Source of the DNA: the human T2T-CHM13v2.0 reference genome, Homo sapiens | Reading direction: 5' to 3' (one strand) | Assembly (NCBI RefSeq): GCF_009914755.1 | Contig: NC_060930.1 | Length of the DNA: 64,000 nt | The notes under the pieces: model-generated | What the model was told of the DNA's origin: nothing | Databases searched by the model: none | The model's input: the letters and a program-made list of their open reading frames with translations, nothing else | Part shown: piece by piece, positions 25,909-41,883 of the stretch | How positions within the stretch are numbered: position 1 is the first letter of the stretch | How the letters are laid out: each line of letters begins with the position of its first letter | Made by a program: the position numbers and the translations under genes

Positions 25909-28900
25909 CCCTTCTCTTCAACATCTTGAAATAGGATTAAATATATAAAGTCTTAGAATCCAAAGCCAGCCTGTCACTGACTTCCTAGAGCTACCTGCTC
26001 TGCTGTGTCCTGGGCCCTGTATGGAGCTTGCTGAGATTTCTGGTCTGTTCTCCGAGGTGCCTTTTTTCCTTCATTCTTCATTCATTCCTACTCTATTGAA
26101 TGCCTGCCACCTAAGCACAGGGGGTACAGGGTTGATGAGGAAAATGGGGCCCAATGGCAAACTCAGAAACCATTCCAACTTATATTTCCCTTTGAATGTC
26201 CCCTCTCTCAAAGGCAGTTGATCAGAGCACCGCCCACGGCCTTTTTCAATCTTCGCCTCCATGGTAATAACCATAAAATCACCCACCTTCCTTTCATGTT
26301 ATTTTAAATTTAAAACTAAATACTGTTATCAAATCACATAAAAGTAAAAATCTTTCTAGAATCAAAGTTATCTTGATTTGAAAGACGCGTATGATTGACT
26401 TCAAAGATAGGATCAGTGTGAAGATTGATTCTACTTGCTTACCACAGGTTTCCTATTATTTAACCACAATCAGTTTCCAATGAGAGTCTGCTCATGGGAG
26501 ACTCTGACTCTCTCACTCCTCCCCCACTCCACGGAATGGGGAAAACCAGCCCGGCCGAAGCCCATCAGTGCAGCAGGAAGCTGGGGGCTTGCCCAGGAAG
26601 TCTGGGGTGAGGCAGGCCAGGAAAGGATGTGGGCCCCTCAGGAACATGTGAACACAAAGTGGAGACACTTCTCTCCAGATCCTAGATAGGAAATGGGAGG
26701 TGACAGTGATCAGAATTCCCAGTAACAATCAATTACCAAGCACAAGAGAGCATTTGGAACTCCATGGAAGCAGTTTGGGTAGCATTGGAAGTGTCTAATT
26801 GGTAAATGTCGACAATAAATTTACAAAAACTGTCAATGAGATTTTGAAATGGTAAACCCTGAAGATTGGACATGAGGTCACCTGTTGATTCATTAAAATA
26901 ATACTCCTTTTTATTATATCAAAACTAGATTTATTTTTAACTTTTGAGAATGTATGTATTACATAAAATAAGATACCAGGCAGTCAAAGTCGAGGGGAAA
27001 CTGAAAGGAATGCTTTGGGGGCATCAGGAACGCCTTCCTAGACTTCAGTGCCAACAGCACTCATCTCCTCTCAGCTTGCGAGCTGCGCTCTCCTAGGCCC
27101 TTGCAGGTGGGATGTGCGCCAGCTCCTCCCTGTGCGGAGGCGGCACGTGGGGAGAAGGCTCTACAGGGCTGTGCAGGGGCTGCAGCACAGGCTCTGCTCT
27201 GGATCTGCAACAGCTTGTGCAGCCAAGGGCAGGCATTCAGGCTCAGTCCTCAAACAAATAATCAGATCTGACACTGTTGACGCGGGAGGTAAAGAAATTG
27301 CTTTTTCCCTGGAGCACAAAGTAAAGACACCATGAAACAGTCAATTCCATGGGGAATGACCAGATATTCTCTCCATCGTTGGTGTTTGCTGGTAGGTGCA
27401 CAGTTAATCGTGGACAGAATCTTCATGTCCCATGGATTTGCCAGACATGGCCAGTGTCTGCTGTAGGATCCTGAGTCAGAGCAGGGCGTGCGGAGGACTG
27501 AGGCGAGGCTTGTGGGGCAGATGGTGTGAAGTAGAGATGGGAGGGGGGCGATGTCATCCCTCCTCCTGGAAGGTGGCAAGTTGTCCTAAAGCCCCAGGGT
27601 AAAGCTGCAGAGCTCCCTGTGCCGTGGATGCCCTGCTCCTAAATCGGCAGCGTGGCCTTATGTCACCCTCCTTATTTTCGTCTGGGTACTGTTTTTAGCA
27701 ATGTCCCACTTTTCTGAGCAAGACACCACCTGGCTGGTTGGACACAGACATCCCTAGACTCTGAGCTTTCCTGGGCTTCCAAGATTGAAAAAGAGTCTAT
27801 TTAACATCCCTGAGCAGGGTGCCCAGCCAGGGCTGCTGTGGGTGAAGGTGTCAGGACCTCCTATCATGGCCCATCTCGGCCTCCAGGGCTGCTGTGGGCA
27901 AAGGTGGCAAGGCCTTCCACCATGGCGCTGTCTGCAGCCTCTGACTTAGGGGGTTGAGCTGCTTCCCACAGAAAGGCCTGAGCCCTGCAATCTCTGGATG
28001 CTGCATCACCCAGGGCAGGGACTCTATGAGGCACAGCATCCTCCCAGGGGACAACGGGAGCAACGCCTTTCCCTCTGCAGGGACACAGCAAACCTCAGCC
28101 AGCTCACAGCTGTGGGCTGGCCCCAGTGATGACCAGAACCAAACAGAAGCCTGAGCAGACTTCAGGCCACTGTGGCTGCCCTTGCGGGTGCAGAAGCCTG
28201 GAGCTGCAGGGTGTTGGCTTGGTTGGCCCTGGTCCTGGTCCTGAATAGTCAGGTCTGCTGTGGACGCACATCAGAGCCAGGCAGGACTGAGGGCCCTTGG
28301 GAGAGAGGCCATGGGAAAACCGTGGGCTGGGGGATTATGAAAGCCTGAGGCCTGCCCTTCAGCTGGGCCTGCCCTGTGCCCGCCAAGTGCAGGGTGAGTG
28401 AAATTCTCAGCCTCCAAAGCTGGTCACTGGCCCTCGGGGAGAGAGTGCTCACCCCACCCTGTGTGGTCCCATTTCCCTGCTCCTGTCCTCCTGGGGCAGC
28501 CAGCACGCTCCTATCTAGAGCTCTCCAGCACAAGTGCTTGGCTTCCGTTCACACTGCAGTGGCTTTCTCAGAGCCATCACCAGCCAGGGTGAACCACACA
28601 TTGCACCAACTCAGGGGCACCCTCCTCCTGCATGGTGGTCCCTGAACCTGTATGGGCCTGGAGCGTTCGCCTAGTTCTGTGTGATTCCTGACACTGCGAG
28701 GCTGTGTATTCTTGCTCATAGACGACTTTCTCATCCCTAGTCTCCATCCTATGACCTCCGACAGACCAGCGGCATCCTTGGGTCAGCTGAGAGTTTGACT
28801 CACCATTTTTCATCGTGGTGTCAAGCAGTCCCGTCCTCCAGACTTGAACATCTTGGCTGAAGTTGTTATTAAGGTCAGCGTGTTCAGTTTACCGAGGCAC

Positions 28901-29138
28901 AAGGACGGTGCAGGGCAAGGAGCCATGTCTCCCAGATGGCAAGGTCAAGGAGCATGAGGGCTTCATGCAGAGGTGGAAGCAGGAACAGGAAAGCCATCCG
29001 ACATCCACATCCCTCATCACTCCAGCCCCTCCCCGGTCATAGCGCCCCTGTTTCTGTTACTCACTGTGGGGCCTTCCTCCCCGGCTCTGCCCACAGTGCT
29101 CTGGGATTCCTACAACCTAGACGTGCTAGAGGATGTTA

Positions 29139-29270
29139 GGAGCCCACTTGGCCACCGCACCCCAGCCATGACCTCTCCATCCCCATCAAATTCCTTAAAA
29201 CACACTTGGAGCCCGCTTGGCCACCGCACCCCAGCCACAGCCTCTCCATCCCAATTCAAATTCCCTAGAA
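29139..29270. repeat. Imperfect tandem duplication, 69-bp unit x2
   Basis: GGAGCCCRCTTGGCCACCGCACCCCAGCCA... starts at both 29139 and 29208. Confidence 0.85.
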
Positions 29271-29767
29271 CAGTAGTCCCCAATCTTTTTGGCGCTAGGG
29301 ACCAGTTTCACGGAAGAAAATTTTTCCATGAACAGTGGGAGTCGGAAGGTGGTTTCAGTTTGATTCAAACGCATTACATTTGTTGTGTACTTTATTTCTA
29401 TTATGACACTGTAATATATAATGAAATAATTATACAACTCACCATAATGTCAAATCAGTGGGAGGCCTGAGCTTGTTTCCTGGCAACTAGAGGGTCCTGT
29501 CTGGGGGTGATGGGGACAGTGACAGATCATCAGGTATTAGAGTCTCATAAGGAGCGCGCAACCTACATCCCTCGCAGGCACTGTTCACAGTAGGGTTTGT
29601 GCTGCTATGAGAATCTAATGCTGCTGCCGATCAAACAGGAGACTGAGCTCAGGCAGTGATGCCAGTGATGGGGAGTGACTGTACATGCAGATGAAGCTTC
29701 ACTGGCTCACCAGCTGCTCACCTCCTGCTGTGCAGCCTGGTCCCTAACAGGCTGCAGACCAGTACCT
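29271..29767 (+). mobile_element. MER1A hAT-Charlie DNA transposon, right terminus missing
   Basis: Starts CAGTAGTCCCCAATCTTTTTGGCGCTAGGGACCAGTTTC; contains GCATTACATT...ATACAACTCACCATAATG and GAGTCTCATAAGGAGCGCGCAACCTA. Confidence 0.85.
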
Positions 29768-30466
29768 GAGACTGGGTAATTTATATAGAAAAGAGGTTTA
29801 GTGGCCCACAGCTCCACAGGCTGTGAGGGAAGCACAGTGCTGGTACCTTCTCAGCTTCTGGGGAAGCCTGGGGGAGCTTTTGTTCATGGCGGAAGGTGAA
29901 GCAGGAGCAGGGGTAGCATAAGAGCAGGAGCAAGGGTGGGTGTATTGGTCCATTTTCACACAGCTGATAAAGACATACCCAAGACTGCACAATTTACACA
30001 AGAAAGAGGTTTAATGAACTTACGGTTCCACATGGCTGGGAGGCCTCACAATCATGGCGGAAAGTGAAAGGCACATCTTACCTGGTGGCAGACAAGAGAG
30101 CTTATGCAGGCAAACTCCCCTTTATAAACCCATCAGGTCTCATGAGACTTACTCACTATCATGAGAACAGCACAGAAAAGACCTGCCCAGTGATTCAATT
30201 ACCTCCCCCTGGGTCTCTCTCACAACTGGTGGGAATTCAAGATGAGATTTGGGTGAGGAAATAGGCAAACCATATCAGTGGGGGAGATGTCATACACTTT
30301 AAACTATCAGGTTTCCTGACAACTCATTAACTACTAGGAGGACAGCACCAAACTATGAGGAATTTGCCCCCATGACCCAAACACCTCCCACCAGGCCCCC
30401 CTCCAATGTTGGAGAGATGACAGTTCAGCATGAGATTTGGCAGGGACAGTTACCCAAAGCACTGCA
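29764..30466 (-). mobile_element. MST (MSTB-like) MaLR LTR, split by a nested THE1 LTR
   Basis: CCTGAGACTGGGTAATTTAT...GGCGGAAGGTGAAG (29764-29940) resumes at 30283 with CCCCCATGACCCAAACACCTCCCACCAGGCCCC...TGAGATTTGG. Confidence 0.8.
29941..30277 (-). mobile_element. THE1B/C solo LTR nested in the MST LTR
   Basis: TGTATTGGTCCATTTTCAC...AAACCATATCA with perfect 5-bp TSD GTGGG (29936-29940 / 30278-30282). Confidence 0.9.
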
Positions 30467-32638
30467 GAATCTGACTGAACCAGACTGTGTTAAGTGAGTC
30501 CCTCACACAATCAGTCAGAATGAAGTGGCTCCCGGTGCATTGAAAATAAGTCCAAATTCCTTGCAAATCCAAGGGGGAGGTGTGGCAGGTGGCTTTGTGG
30601 CAGGTAGGGACCCTGGGCCTGCAAGGAATTTGGATTTATCATCAATAAAATGGTCTTCTTTCTCTTGCTTCACCCACTGGCTCTTTGTTATGTGGACTGC
30701 ATTCCTTTCTTTGCTATTTTTGTATTCTTTCTCCCCTTTTCCCCATTACTGGAAATTTCCACAGCAGAAGAGAGCCCAGCAGTGACTGAGGGGGAAGAAC
30801 TAGCTGTTAGAGCTCTTCTTAGAAACTGGGTCTGGTTTGGGAAAGAGGGTGATGGTGGGGAAGGCGACAGGTGGGGCAGAGGGGAGGGAGGATGATGAGG
30901 GAGAGGCTGAATGGGTGAGTTAAGGACCTGTCCCAGGTGGCAGCTGGGCCACGGTAGAGCTGGACTCAGACACAAGCATCCCACTCTTGTTGTGTGTCCC
31001 GTTATGCACCCAGCACTGCTTAGGAGAATTGCTGTCCTTTTATTTTCACTAAGTTGAGGGTTGATTGACAGCTATTTTTGGTTCTGCTAGGAAAGGAAGC
31101 TGTCAATGAAAGCAGGAAGGTGATAGTTCCTGGGATCTGAACACAGCCACTTCTGTCTCCTGTATCCTGGGCAGGAGTGGAGTTGTGGGACCACTCGGTG
31201 TCCAGCCCTATACCCTACACAGCTGTGGGTGTTTCTGCCTCTTTTGGAATGGGCCAGTCCTGATGGTGTCAGTCTTTCAAGAAGGGTCCCGGGCTTCGGG
31301 CAAGTCAGGTCTCCGCCTTCACCAGTGACCCCAGTTCTGGCGGCTGCTGTCTCTGCACTGGGCCTTCCACCTGCTGAGAAGCACGGCTGAATCAATGTGT
31401 CTTTTCTCATCAATGATATTTAGAAGTGCGGGAAAGGCATTTAATGGATTCTGATAGATTTATTTCCTGCGTTGCTGACTCTATGTATGAGATCAGTAAA
31501 ATGGGAGGACTTTGCGGTTTTTTTTCTGGGAGGTTATTTTGATTGTCTGACAAAAACGTTAAAGGAGAGAGGTGGCGTTAGTGTATTCCCTCCCCATCCC
31601 ATGAGGGTTTGACCCATGAGCAGCCCCGTGCCAGGGCTGTCGTCTGCAGGTGACTTACGGCATCAGCAATGCAGGCCCCATCAGAAGGAGCCACCTCACT
31701 GCATTCCTGGTGCCCTGAGATGCCTCCAGCCACTCCTCTATTGCAGAAGGCTTTCTCCTGGGAACTTTCTTCTTGAAATGCAGATAGTTCAATGGTTCTA
31801 TGGTGAGGCTGGGCCGTTTCATGACAATTTTCCCTTCACAGTGCTTTGGCTATCCCTGCAGAGTGAGGTTGAGGAGACACAGCCTCAGCCACAGCTCTGG
31901 AAGGGCAGAGCCCTTGCTCCACAGACCCGAGGCTGTGAGGATGGCCCAGGAGGGAAGGAAAGGCCCTTACCAGGGAGATGGCTGAACCAGGAAGGCAGGG
32001 GCAACAGCTCATTGCATGGAAAAGGCCACCCCTCTGGGCATGGGCACCACCACCCTCTGGGCCTGGCTGTTTCTACCTGGGCCTCTGTGCCAGCATCACA
32101 AGCATGCAGGGAGGGATGCACCTACACAGCAGCCAGTGCCCTCAGGAGGCAATTGTGGAAGGTCCAGATTGCAGGTGACCTCAGCCTGCAGCCGACTTCA
32201 GAACCCATGTCTGCTGAAGTTGGTTCCACCTCAGCCCCACAGCCTGGGAGGAGAACCCTGCCCAGAGGCAGGGCCCAGGGCTTCTCTCGGCACCAGGAGG
32301 CACTGCCCTGCCAGGGAGAGCACAGAACTCAGAGTGCAAGTATTTCCTTCATAGAAGGCTCCAATCCACTGTTCATACTGGCATTTCGAAATCAGTGTTC
32401 AGAATCCATGCATTCTTTAAAAAAAATCCTAAACCTTTCAAATGCAAAATTTATAAACAGGATAGAAATAAAAAATGTACATTTGTAAAAGTAGAAATAT
32501 GAAGTATGTATTCTTTATAACTACCTATGAATAGATATTTCTTAAATGTGCTAAATGCTACACAAAAAAGGACAATAAATTATTAATGACAAATGAAAAT
32601 GAAATATTGTTATGTATTTCTTAACAGTGTGATCTTAA

Positions 32639-32961
<323 letters not shown>

Positions 32962-34564
32962 TAGATAGAGATTCTAATGTAGGATGGTGGTCATGCTGAC
33001 TTTCTACTGTTCCAAAAGTATCTGGAACCATGAAATAATTATTCCTATAACAGAAGCTTTGCTTTGTCCATTATCCTCGTCTTCCTCCTCTTGAAGATTT
33101 TGAAGGTATAGAAGCTTGCTTTCTAAAAATATTTTTCTTGGTTTGATTTAAACATTTTAAAGCAGTGTTTAACATCATGGTATTACTTCACGAAACAATC
33201 AGTAGTTCAGGATTCGGGGTGATATCCTATGTATTTAGCACCTAGTCCCACATGGGCAGTGGCCAGTCAGAATGAAGGCCAGCTCACTGCCCTGGCTACC
33301 AAATACCGAGGGTCACTTAAGCACCAAAGGCCTGGCTGAAACCTGCCACTGCAGGTGGTATCACGTGCAGGGGGTATCACACTGGCAAGACACCCAGCAG
33401 TATTGAAATGCTAAAACCAGGGCCAGCATCCTCAGGATCAAATTTCCTTCACCCTGACAACTGTCAACACTTCATGGCGACCGTTTTCCTGGAAGCCTGC
33501 CTGTGCCCCTGTGACTCCCGCGGATTTGCTCAGGGGTCTGAGGAGCCTGCCCCGCTCCCTGCTCCTGTACCCCTCGGTTTGTGCCTGCATTCTGACTTTC
33601 ATCACTTCACTCCGCAGCTATGCTTTTGCTGTCCATTTCTTCCTCCTCTCTTCTGCTAAGCTGTTATGCACTGAAGGTCGACAGAGTAGCGAGATTTTTA
33701 TTTGAATCCTAAGTAGCTGACATAATACCTGGCACATTGAAAAATGCTCTGAAAATGTTGGTATTATGTTCCAAAAGTTCCAGGAGATTCCAGGAAGACA
33801 TTTTTCAGAGATTGTGGAATAATAGGAAAGTGAAAAATGGCATTTTTACTATGTATTAAAATTTATACTTTATTGCTGTTTAAACCACCATAACTAAGAT
33901 AAGGCATATATAATCCATGATATCCTGCCTTCAAAAGTAAAACAAATACTTCCATTGCTTTTGGGGGCTGGGGCTGCTTATTCTTACCCTTGCTCATTGC
34001 CTTCAGAGAACACTCGAAGAATTATTTCCATAGCTGTGGAGCTTCCAGGTTGTCAAGTAGTTCATGACTTCCAAAAGTTACATTAACGTAACAGTGGCCA
34101 AAAATCACATTTACCTATATGTGTGATTTTTTTTAATCTCTGGCATTTTTACCTTAAGCAGATGGAACTACACTTAGCTATAAAATATCAAGTGTCACTT
34201 AGACGCCAAAATGCTCAACGCACACCCCTGGGTGGCAAAAAACCCTTGCCGGAGTGATGTGGTCACGTCCCTCAGGTGAGCAGACGCCTCACCAGTGGTG
34301 GGGCCATTGGCAGCCTCTTCTCTGGAGACATCTGGCAGTTCCGGATGTAATCCCTGAAGGTTAATGTGGCAGGGCAGGTGGCTGAAGCCATCTTCTTCTT
34401 TCCTGCCCCGACTAGGGGTGAAGGGGAGAACACAGCCACTGAAGGGGACGAGGCCCTTTGATGTCTGCACCTACCAGGACTACGTTTTTCTGGAAGCTGA
34501 CTCCCAGCTTAAACTGACTTTAGCAAAGAGTAGAATTTCGTATTTTCTTCTCTTTCATCCTCTT

Positions 34565-34854
34565 TTTTTTTTTTTTTTTTTTTTTTACAGAGTCTCACTC
34601 TGTCACCCAGGCTGGCGTCCAGTGGTGCGATCACGGCTCACTGCAGTCTCAACATCCCAGGTCCCAGCGATCCTCCCACCTTAGCCTTCAGAGCTGGGGC
34701 TACAGGTGTGCACCAACAGGTCTGGCTAATTCTGTTTACTTTTTGTAGAGACGGGATCTCACTATGTTGCCCAGGTTGGTCTTGAACGTCTGAACTCAAG
34801 GGTTCCTCCCACCTCAGCCTCCAGGATCATAGGTGTGAGCCACTGTGCCTGGCC
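34565..34854 (-). mobile_element. AluJ SINE
   Basis: Reverse-complement Alu with CACTATGTTGCCCAGG and GATCCTCCCACC (J-type). Confidence 0.88.
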
Positions 34855-35653
34855 AAGAGTGGAACTTATTATTCCCATAACTGAAGTCTGGATAGATTGG
34901 GATCCGACAGCTCTGCTGATGTCTTCGGGACTGGGTTTTATTCGCACGCATCTCTGGAGTGTGCTTTGCTGTCTTCTTGAGCAGTTCTCTCTCTGTCAGA
35001 AGCTCTGAGATGAGGGACACCGTGGCTTGCCTATGCCTTGTCCGAGTTGTGATGGTTACGGTCATTTAAGCAGCTGTGGAGCTCTGGCCTCTTGGATCCT
35101 CTGCTCCAAACACGGCAGAAGTAGCCCATGGTTTCCTGGCCACTCCAGGACCAGTCCCAGGGCAAACGCCGGTGGAATCTACTCGAGTCACGTGACCATT
35201 TCTGAGCCCAGCACTGTGACCAGGGGAATAGAATATATTCATTGGCCAGGTTTATCCTCCCCTCTCAAATTTTCCAAACCTACCCTGAAGAAAATCAGAA
35301 TGACTTAATGAAAAGATGGGGAAACTGATAGATACCAGGTAAGCAAAAGCAGCACGTGTCTCATATACATGTTGGGAAGCGTCGTTAGCTGGGGTAGGGG
35401 TGTTCTGTATGCCCTTCTTCATGGATCAGTGTTAGCGCTGGTTCCCCTTAGCTTCACATAGTTACTTGCTGTATTATTGTAGGGAAGCATTAGTTTAGAT
35501 TCATTTTCAAATATGAAGAATCATCTTTTAGACAATGTGATCTTTCCTTGTCTGTTTTCAGTGCTATTCAACATAATGGAATATTTCAAATAAAACCAAC
35601 TAGAGTAAGTTCATTTCTCTTTCATTTTCCATTTCTCTGTATTCCTTCTCCCA

Positions 35654-36447
<794 letters not shown>

Positions 36448-38077
36448 TGAGCCATAGATTGAGATAAATGAATCCCTGTTTCAGCAGGTGAGGCGGTGTT
36501 TTGGTCCATGAGTTAATGTGCCTAACACGCCTGAATCAGTTATTCAGTCAGCCTGAAGGGTGTGGCTTGTTGCTACCATAGAGAGAGTCACAGTGGAGGG
36601 TCTGACTGGCTCATAGTTAGAAAAGGATTCTAATAAGGCCTCCTTCTGAGGCCACCTTCGAACACTTGAAGCCTGTTTTCTGAACCATATTGAGTACTTT
36701 CTTTGGTGAGAGAGAAAATTTCTTTTAAGAGCAAAGTATGATTTTATAAGCCTCTATGTATATATGCTCTTTGCCATTGTGCAATGTGACGTTTGGCAGC
36801 TGAGGCACGCTTCAGGGCAAAGGGTCTTCCATGATTCATTTTTAATGCAGGAATATAAGCTGCACCACAAACTGAATTATAATAACTTTTACTGCCTTCT
36901 TTTCCAACACAGCTTCACCAGGACAGCCTTAACCCCTAAAAGGAAACAGCAAAAGGCTAAGGCAGGAATTTCTAATCGTGACCCTGAGACCAGACTGGAG
37001 CTGCTTACAGAACACCCTCTGTGTCAGAGAATCAGAGACGTTTGCTTGCGATTGTTCCTAGGTGCCAAGCTCAGAGGTGCCAAGCTCACAGGTGCCCTAG
37101 TGCACACCATGTCAAGCCCAAAAGGAGGAAGACCCTGGTCGGAGGCCTCCCGGCGGACCACGTGTCCCACTTGAGCCAGTTCCAGGAGGGAGGAAGCTCC
37201 TAAGAGAAGCTGTTTTTCAGGCACCTTCAAATGACTGATTTTTTTCCGATGCTTTTCGTAAATAATAGATCAAAGCCTCTGTTTCTGCCAGAAGCCTCCC
37301 ACCCCTGTGAATGCTGAAAGAGCAGATCCACCAAACTCCCCTGGGGCTCTGAAATGATCACTCTGCAGGCTTCGTCCCTCTGCAGAAGAGCTGCTTCCTC
37401 TCTCATCAGAAAAGCAATAGTGGTGTGTCGGGGAGGCCCCCGTGCAGTGTGCAGATGGGGGAGCCATTGGCAAGGGCCACCCTTACCAGGGCCTTCTGAG
37501 AGCTCTGTGCATGGCCCTTCTCCCACCTGGGCAAGGCGGTTTGCTGCTCTGGGCTTCCTGTTTCTATTTCTGCTCTCCAAGTTTCAAGTTCTTTATTTTT
37601 TCCCAGGACTCTGGGCTTTCCTTGTCTTAAGAGGAAAGAAAGGGCGAGGCTCTTTGAATATTTTCTGCATATTATACTCCACCCTGGTTTCCAGACTTCA
37701 GATGAAAAAAAGAGCTATTGGAAAGGGGAAGCCCTCTGGCCTTGTTTTCAACAGGCCGGCTTCACTTCCCCTGCAACTTGTTAGTGAATCCTTGTTATAA
37801 AGCAAACCATTCAGGGGCATGTGTTTCCCATAGGAATAGGATTACAATTGCAGTTGGCTCACCTGACTATGCTTTTTCCATTAAAAAATCATAGCCAGGA
37901 CTAATAATAGGACAATAGAAAAAGTTACAAAAATCATAAATCTTCAGGAGGATTTAAAATAATAGGGCATGGTCCAAGTCCTGTAAAAATAGTTATTTGT
38001 GAACTGTGTGTATTCCTTATAAATCAAGTGCCCAAAAAGTAAATCTATTAAATTAGAAACTTAACCTAATGAGCTGG

Positions 38078-39105
<1,028 letters not shown>

Positions 39106-39589
39106 CTAGCAAGAACAAATTTCAATGAAGCATTGAGTCAATGGCAGTTTATCATTCCTTGTAACATTCAAGTAGATAATTTTGGAAGTGGATGCTTTAG
39201 TCTACTCTGTTTACTCAAAACATACTTCCTGGGAAGTTCAAACTGATATACTTTTGTCTCAATAAATTCTCTTGTGGGGCAAATCCACCTGAAATGATTG
39301 CCTTGTCCTTTGAGTTCCAATTTTGAAAACTTCTCAAAACATATCATTGCTGTATGGAGATACTTGAATTCCTCAACGCAGGCCCCATTTTGATCTTTTC
39401 TTCGTTCCATCGAGGAAATCTTAAAGACACATAAGCTCAGTGTGGCACTCCAGCTTCATTTATCACCGAGAGCTCAGCGTGGCTGTGGCTGTCAACTAAA
39501 GGATACTTAAAGCCTTAGAAGTCAGTCTCGACTCAAGGATGCAACTTCCTTCCTATAACTCCAGGTGAGTTCCTTTCTTTCAGTATGAA

Positions 39590-39730
39590 ATATTATTATT
39601 CCCATTTTCCAAATGAGAACAGTGAGGTTCAGAGGAGTTCAGTACTCTTCTCCAAGCCACCCAGCTTAAAGCAATGGAGTCACATCTAAGCCCAAGCAGA
39701 TCTAGCCCCAGGATGTACCCACTGACAAGC
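39590..39730 (-). mobile_element. MIR SINE fragment
   Basis: ATTATTCCCATTTTCCAAATGAGAACAGTGAGGTTCAGAG core. Confidence 0.65.
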
Positions 39731-39899
39731 CCGCACCTGCCTGCCTAGCCAGGAATGAACCCGGAAGGTTTTGGGGAAGGAGGACACCAGGAGGGAGAGC
39801 CAGGGAGTGCACAGACTGGGGTCCCTTTCCTCCTGGGGGTTGCCTTCATTTCTAGTTGGCTTTCAGTTTGTCAAGGAGGTACTGCCTTCCAGAGTATGT

Positions 39900-40639
39900 T
39901 GTCAATGAAGAGTTGACCTCTGTAAAATATTGGAAGAAATTTATTCTGAGCCAAATATGAGGGACCATGGCCCATGACACAGCCCTCAGGAAGTCCTGAG
40001 AATATTTGCCCAAGATGGTTGGGTGTAGCTTGGTTTTATGCAATTTAGAGAGGTATGAGACATCAATCAAATACATTTAAGAAATACATTGGTTTGGTCC
40101 AAAAATGCAGGACAAGTCAAAGCAGGGGCTTCCAGGCTACAGGTGAATTTAAGCATTTTCTGGTTGACAATTGGTTGAGTTTGTCTAAAGACTCGGGATT
40201 GATAGAAGGGCAACGTTCTGGTTAAGATAAAGATTGTGGAGACCAAAGTTCTTTTGACGTCTTATAGTGGCTGTCCTTAGAGACAATAGATGACAAATGT
40301 TTCCTATTCAGATCTTAGTTAATCTCTTTAGAATTAGGAGGATCTGGAAGAAAAAGATCTGGCTATGTTAAGAGATTCTTTACAGATGAAAATTTTCTCC
40401 CACAAAGAACAGCTTTGCAGGGCCATTTCAAAATATGGCAAAGAAACATGTTTTGGGGTAAAATACTTTGATTTTCTTCTTTTTCTCATAATATTATGCC
40501 AGAGTCAGTTTGGAAAGTAAGTTGCAATATATAGGGTTAAATAAAACCCATCTAATGAGAATTTATGATTCATAGGGCACGACTCCCCAGACCCCTTAGA
40601 TAGGAATTTGAGCAAGATAAAAAATCAGTTTAGTCCTCA
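39900..40639 (-). mobile_element. MER4-group (MER4E-like) ERV1 solo LTR, ~740 bp
   Basis: Minus strand starts TGAGGACTAAACTGATTTTTTATCTTGCTCAAATTCCTATCTAAGGGGTCTGGGGAGTC and ends ...TTGACA; near-TSD ATGT/ATAT. Confidence 0.8.
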
Positions 40640-41020
40640 ATATCAGGGCATTCATCTGTTAAGTGTTAAGAAATTTTTGAATGTAAAAAAAAAAGTGTGA
40701 ATTTTAAGGGCTTTCAGAAACAAAATGTCAAGGTTTATTGGCTCTGGCCAATGAGCAGAGGATGAAGTGTATGACTGCTTCTACTGCATATAATTATGAA
40801 AGGAAATATCTCTCATATTTAGATTTCTTGGAAGGTAGTTGCTGAGTATGGTATAGAGACTTATTCCAATTATGGAGATCCTCTAAGGGATGCCAAGGAT
40901 TGGGAGTTAGCCTGAGAAGGAATCATGCGGTCTAATTGCCTGTTGGGTTCTTTCTGTGCACTGCACAGACAAAGTCCATTCACCGAGACCACAGCATTGC
41001 AGTAAAGACAGCTTTTAATT

Positions 41021-41328
<308 letters not shown>

Positions 41329-41587
41329 TTATTTTCTAAGCTGTTCATTGACTTTAGAATAATAAAATACAGACCCTAACAATAAAAAGTTAAAAGTTTA
41401 ATTTCAGAGCTATTATACTGTATATAATACAAAGAAAACAAATACATATTGTATAAATGTAAATAAACGATTTAATTAGTTATATGATAGGCCACAAAAA
41501 CCATGTAACTTTTAAAACACAGAAATTGTATAAGCCCCATTACTGAGCACAATGAAATAAAATGTAATTTTATAGAAAATAGTAAGA

Positions 41588-41883
41588 GGCCGGGCGTGGT
41601 GGCTCACACCTGTAATATCAGCACTTTGGGAGGCCAAGGTGGGTGGGTCACCTAGGGTCAGAAGTTCGAGACCAGCCTGGCCAACGTGGTGAAATCCTGT
41701 CTCTAGCAAAAACACAAAAATTAGCCGAGCAGTAGTGGTGCATGCCTGTAATCCCAGCTACTTTGGAGGCTGACACAGGAAAATCTTGAGCCTGGGAGGC
41801 GGAGGTTATGTTGAGCCAAGATTGCACCACTGCACTCCAGCCTAGGTCAAAGAGTGAGACTGAAAAAAAAAAATTAAAAATTA
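41588..41883 (+). mobile_element. AluS SINE
   Basis: GGCCGGGCGTGGTGGCTCAC... through A-rich tail. Confidence 0.92.

Noticed and set aside
25346-25924. ORFs with 18-aa repeats on both strands
   Set aside because: Product of a 54-bp (3n) VNTR; no coding evidence
31616-32488. 290-aa ATG ORF in mostly unique sequence
   Set aside because: No recognisable family or motif; composition typical of chance ORFs in GC-rich DNA, ending in AT-rich sequence. PhyloCSF or Ribo-seq support would be needed
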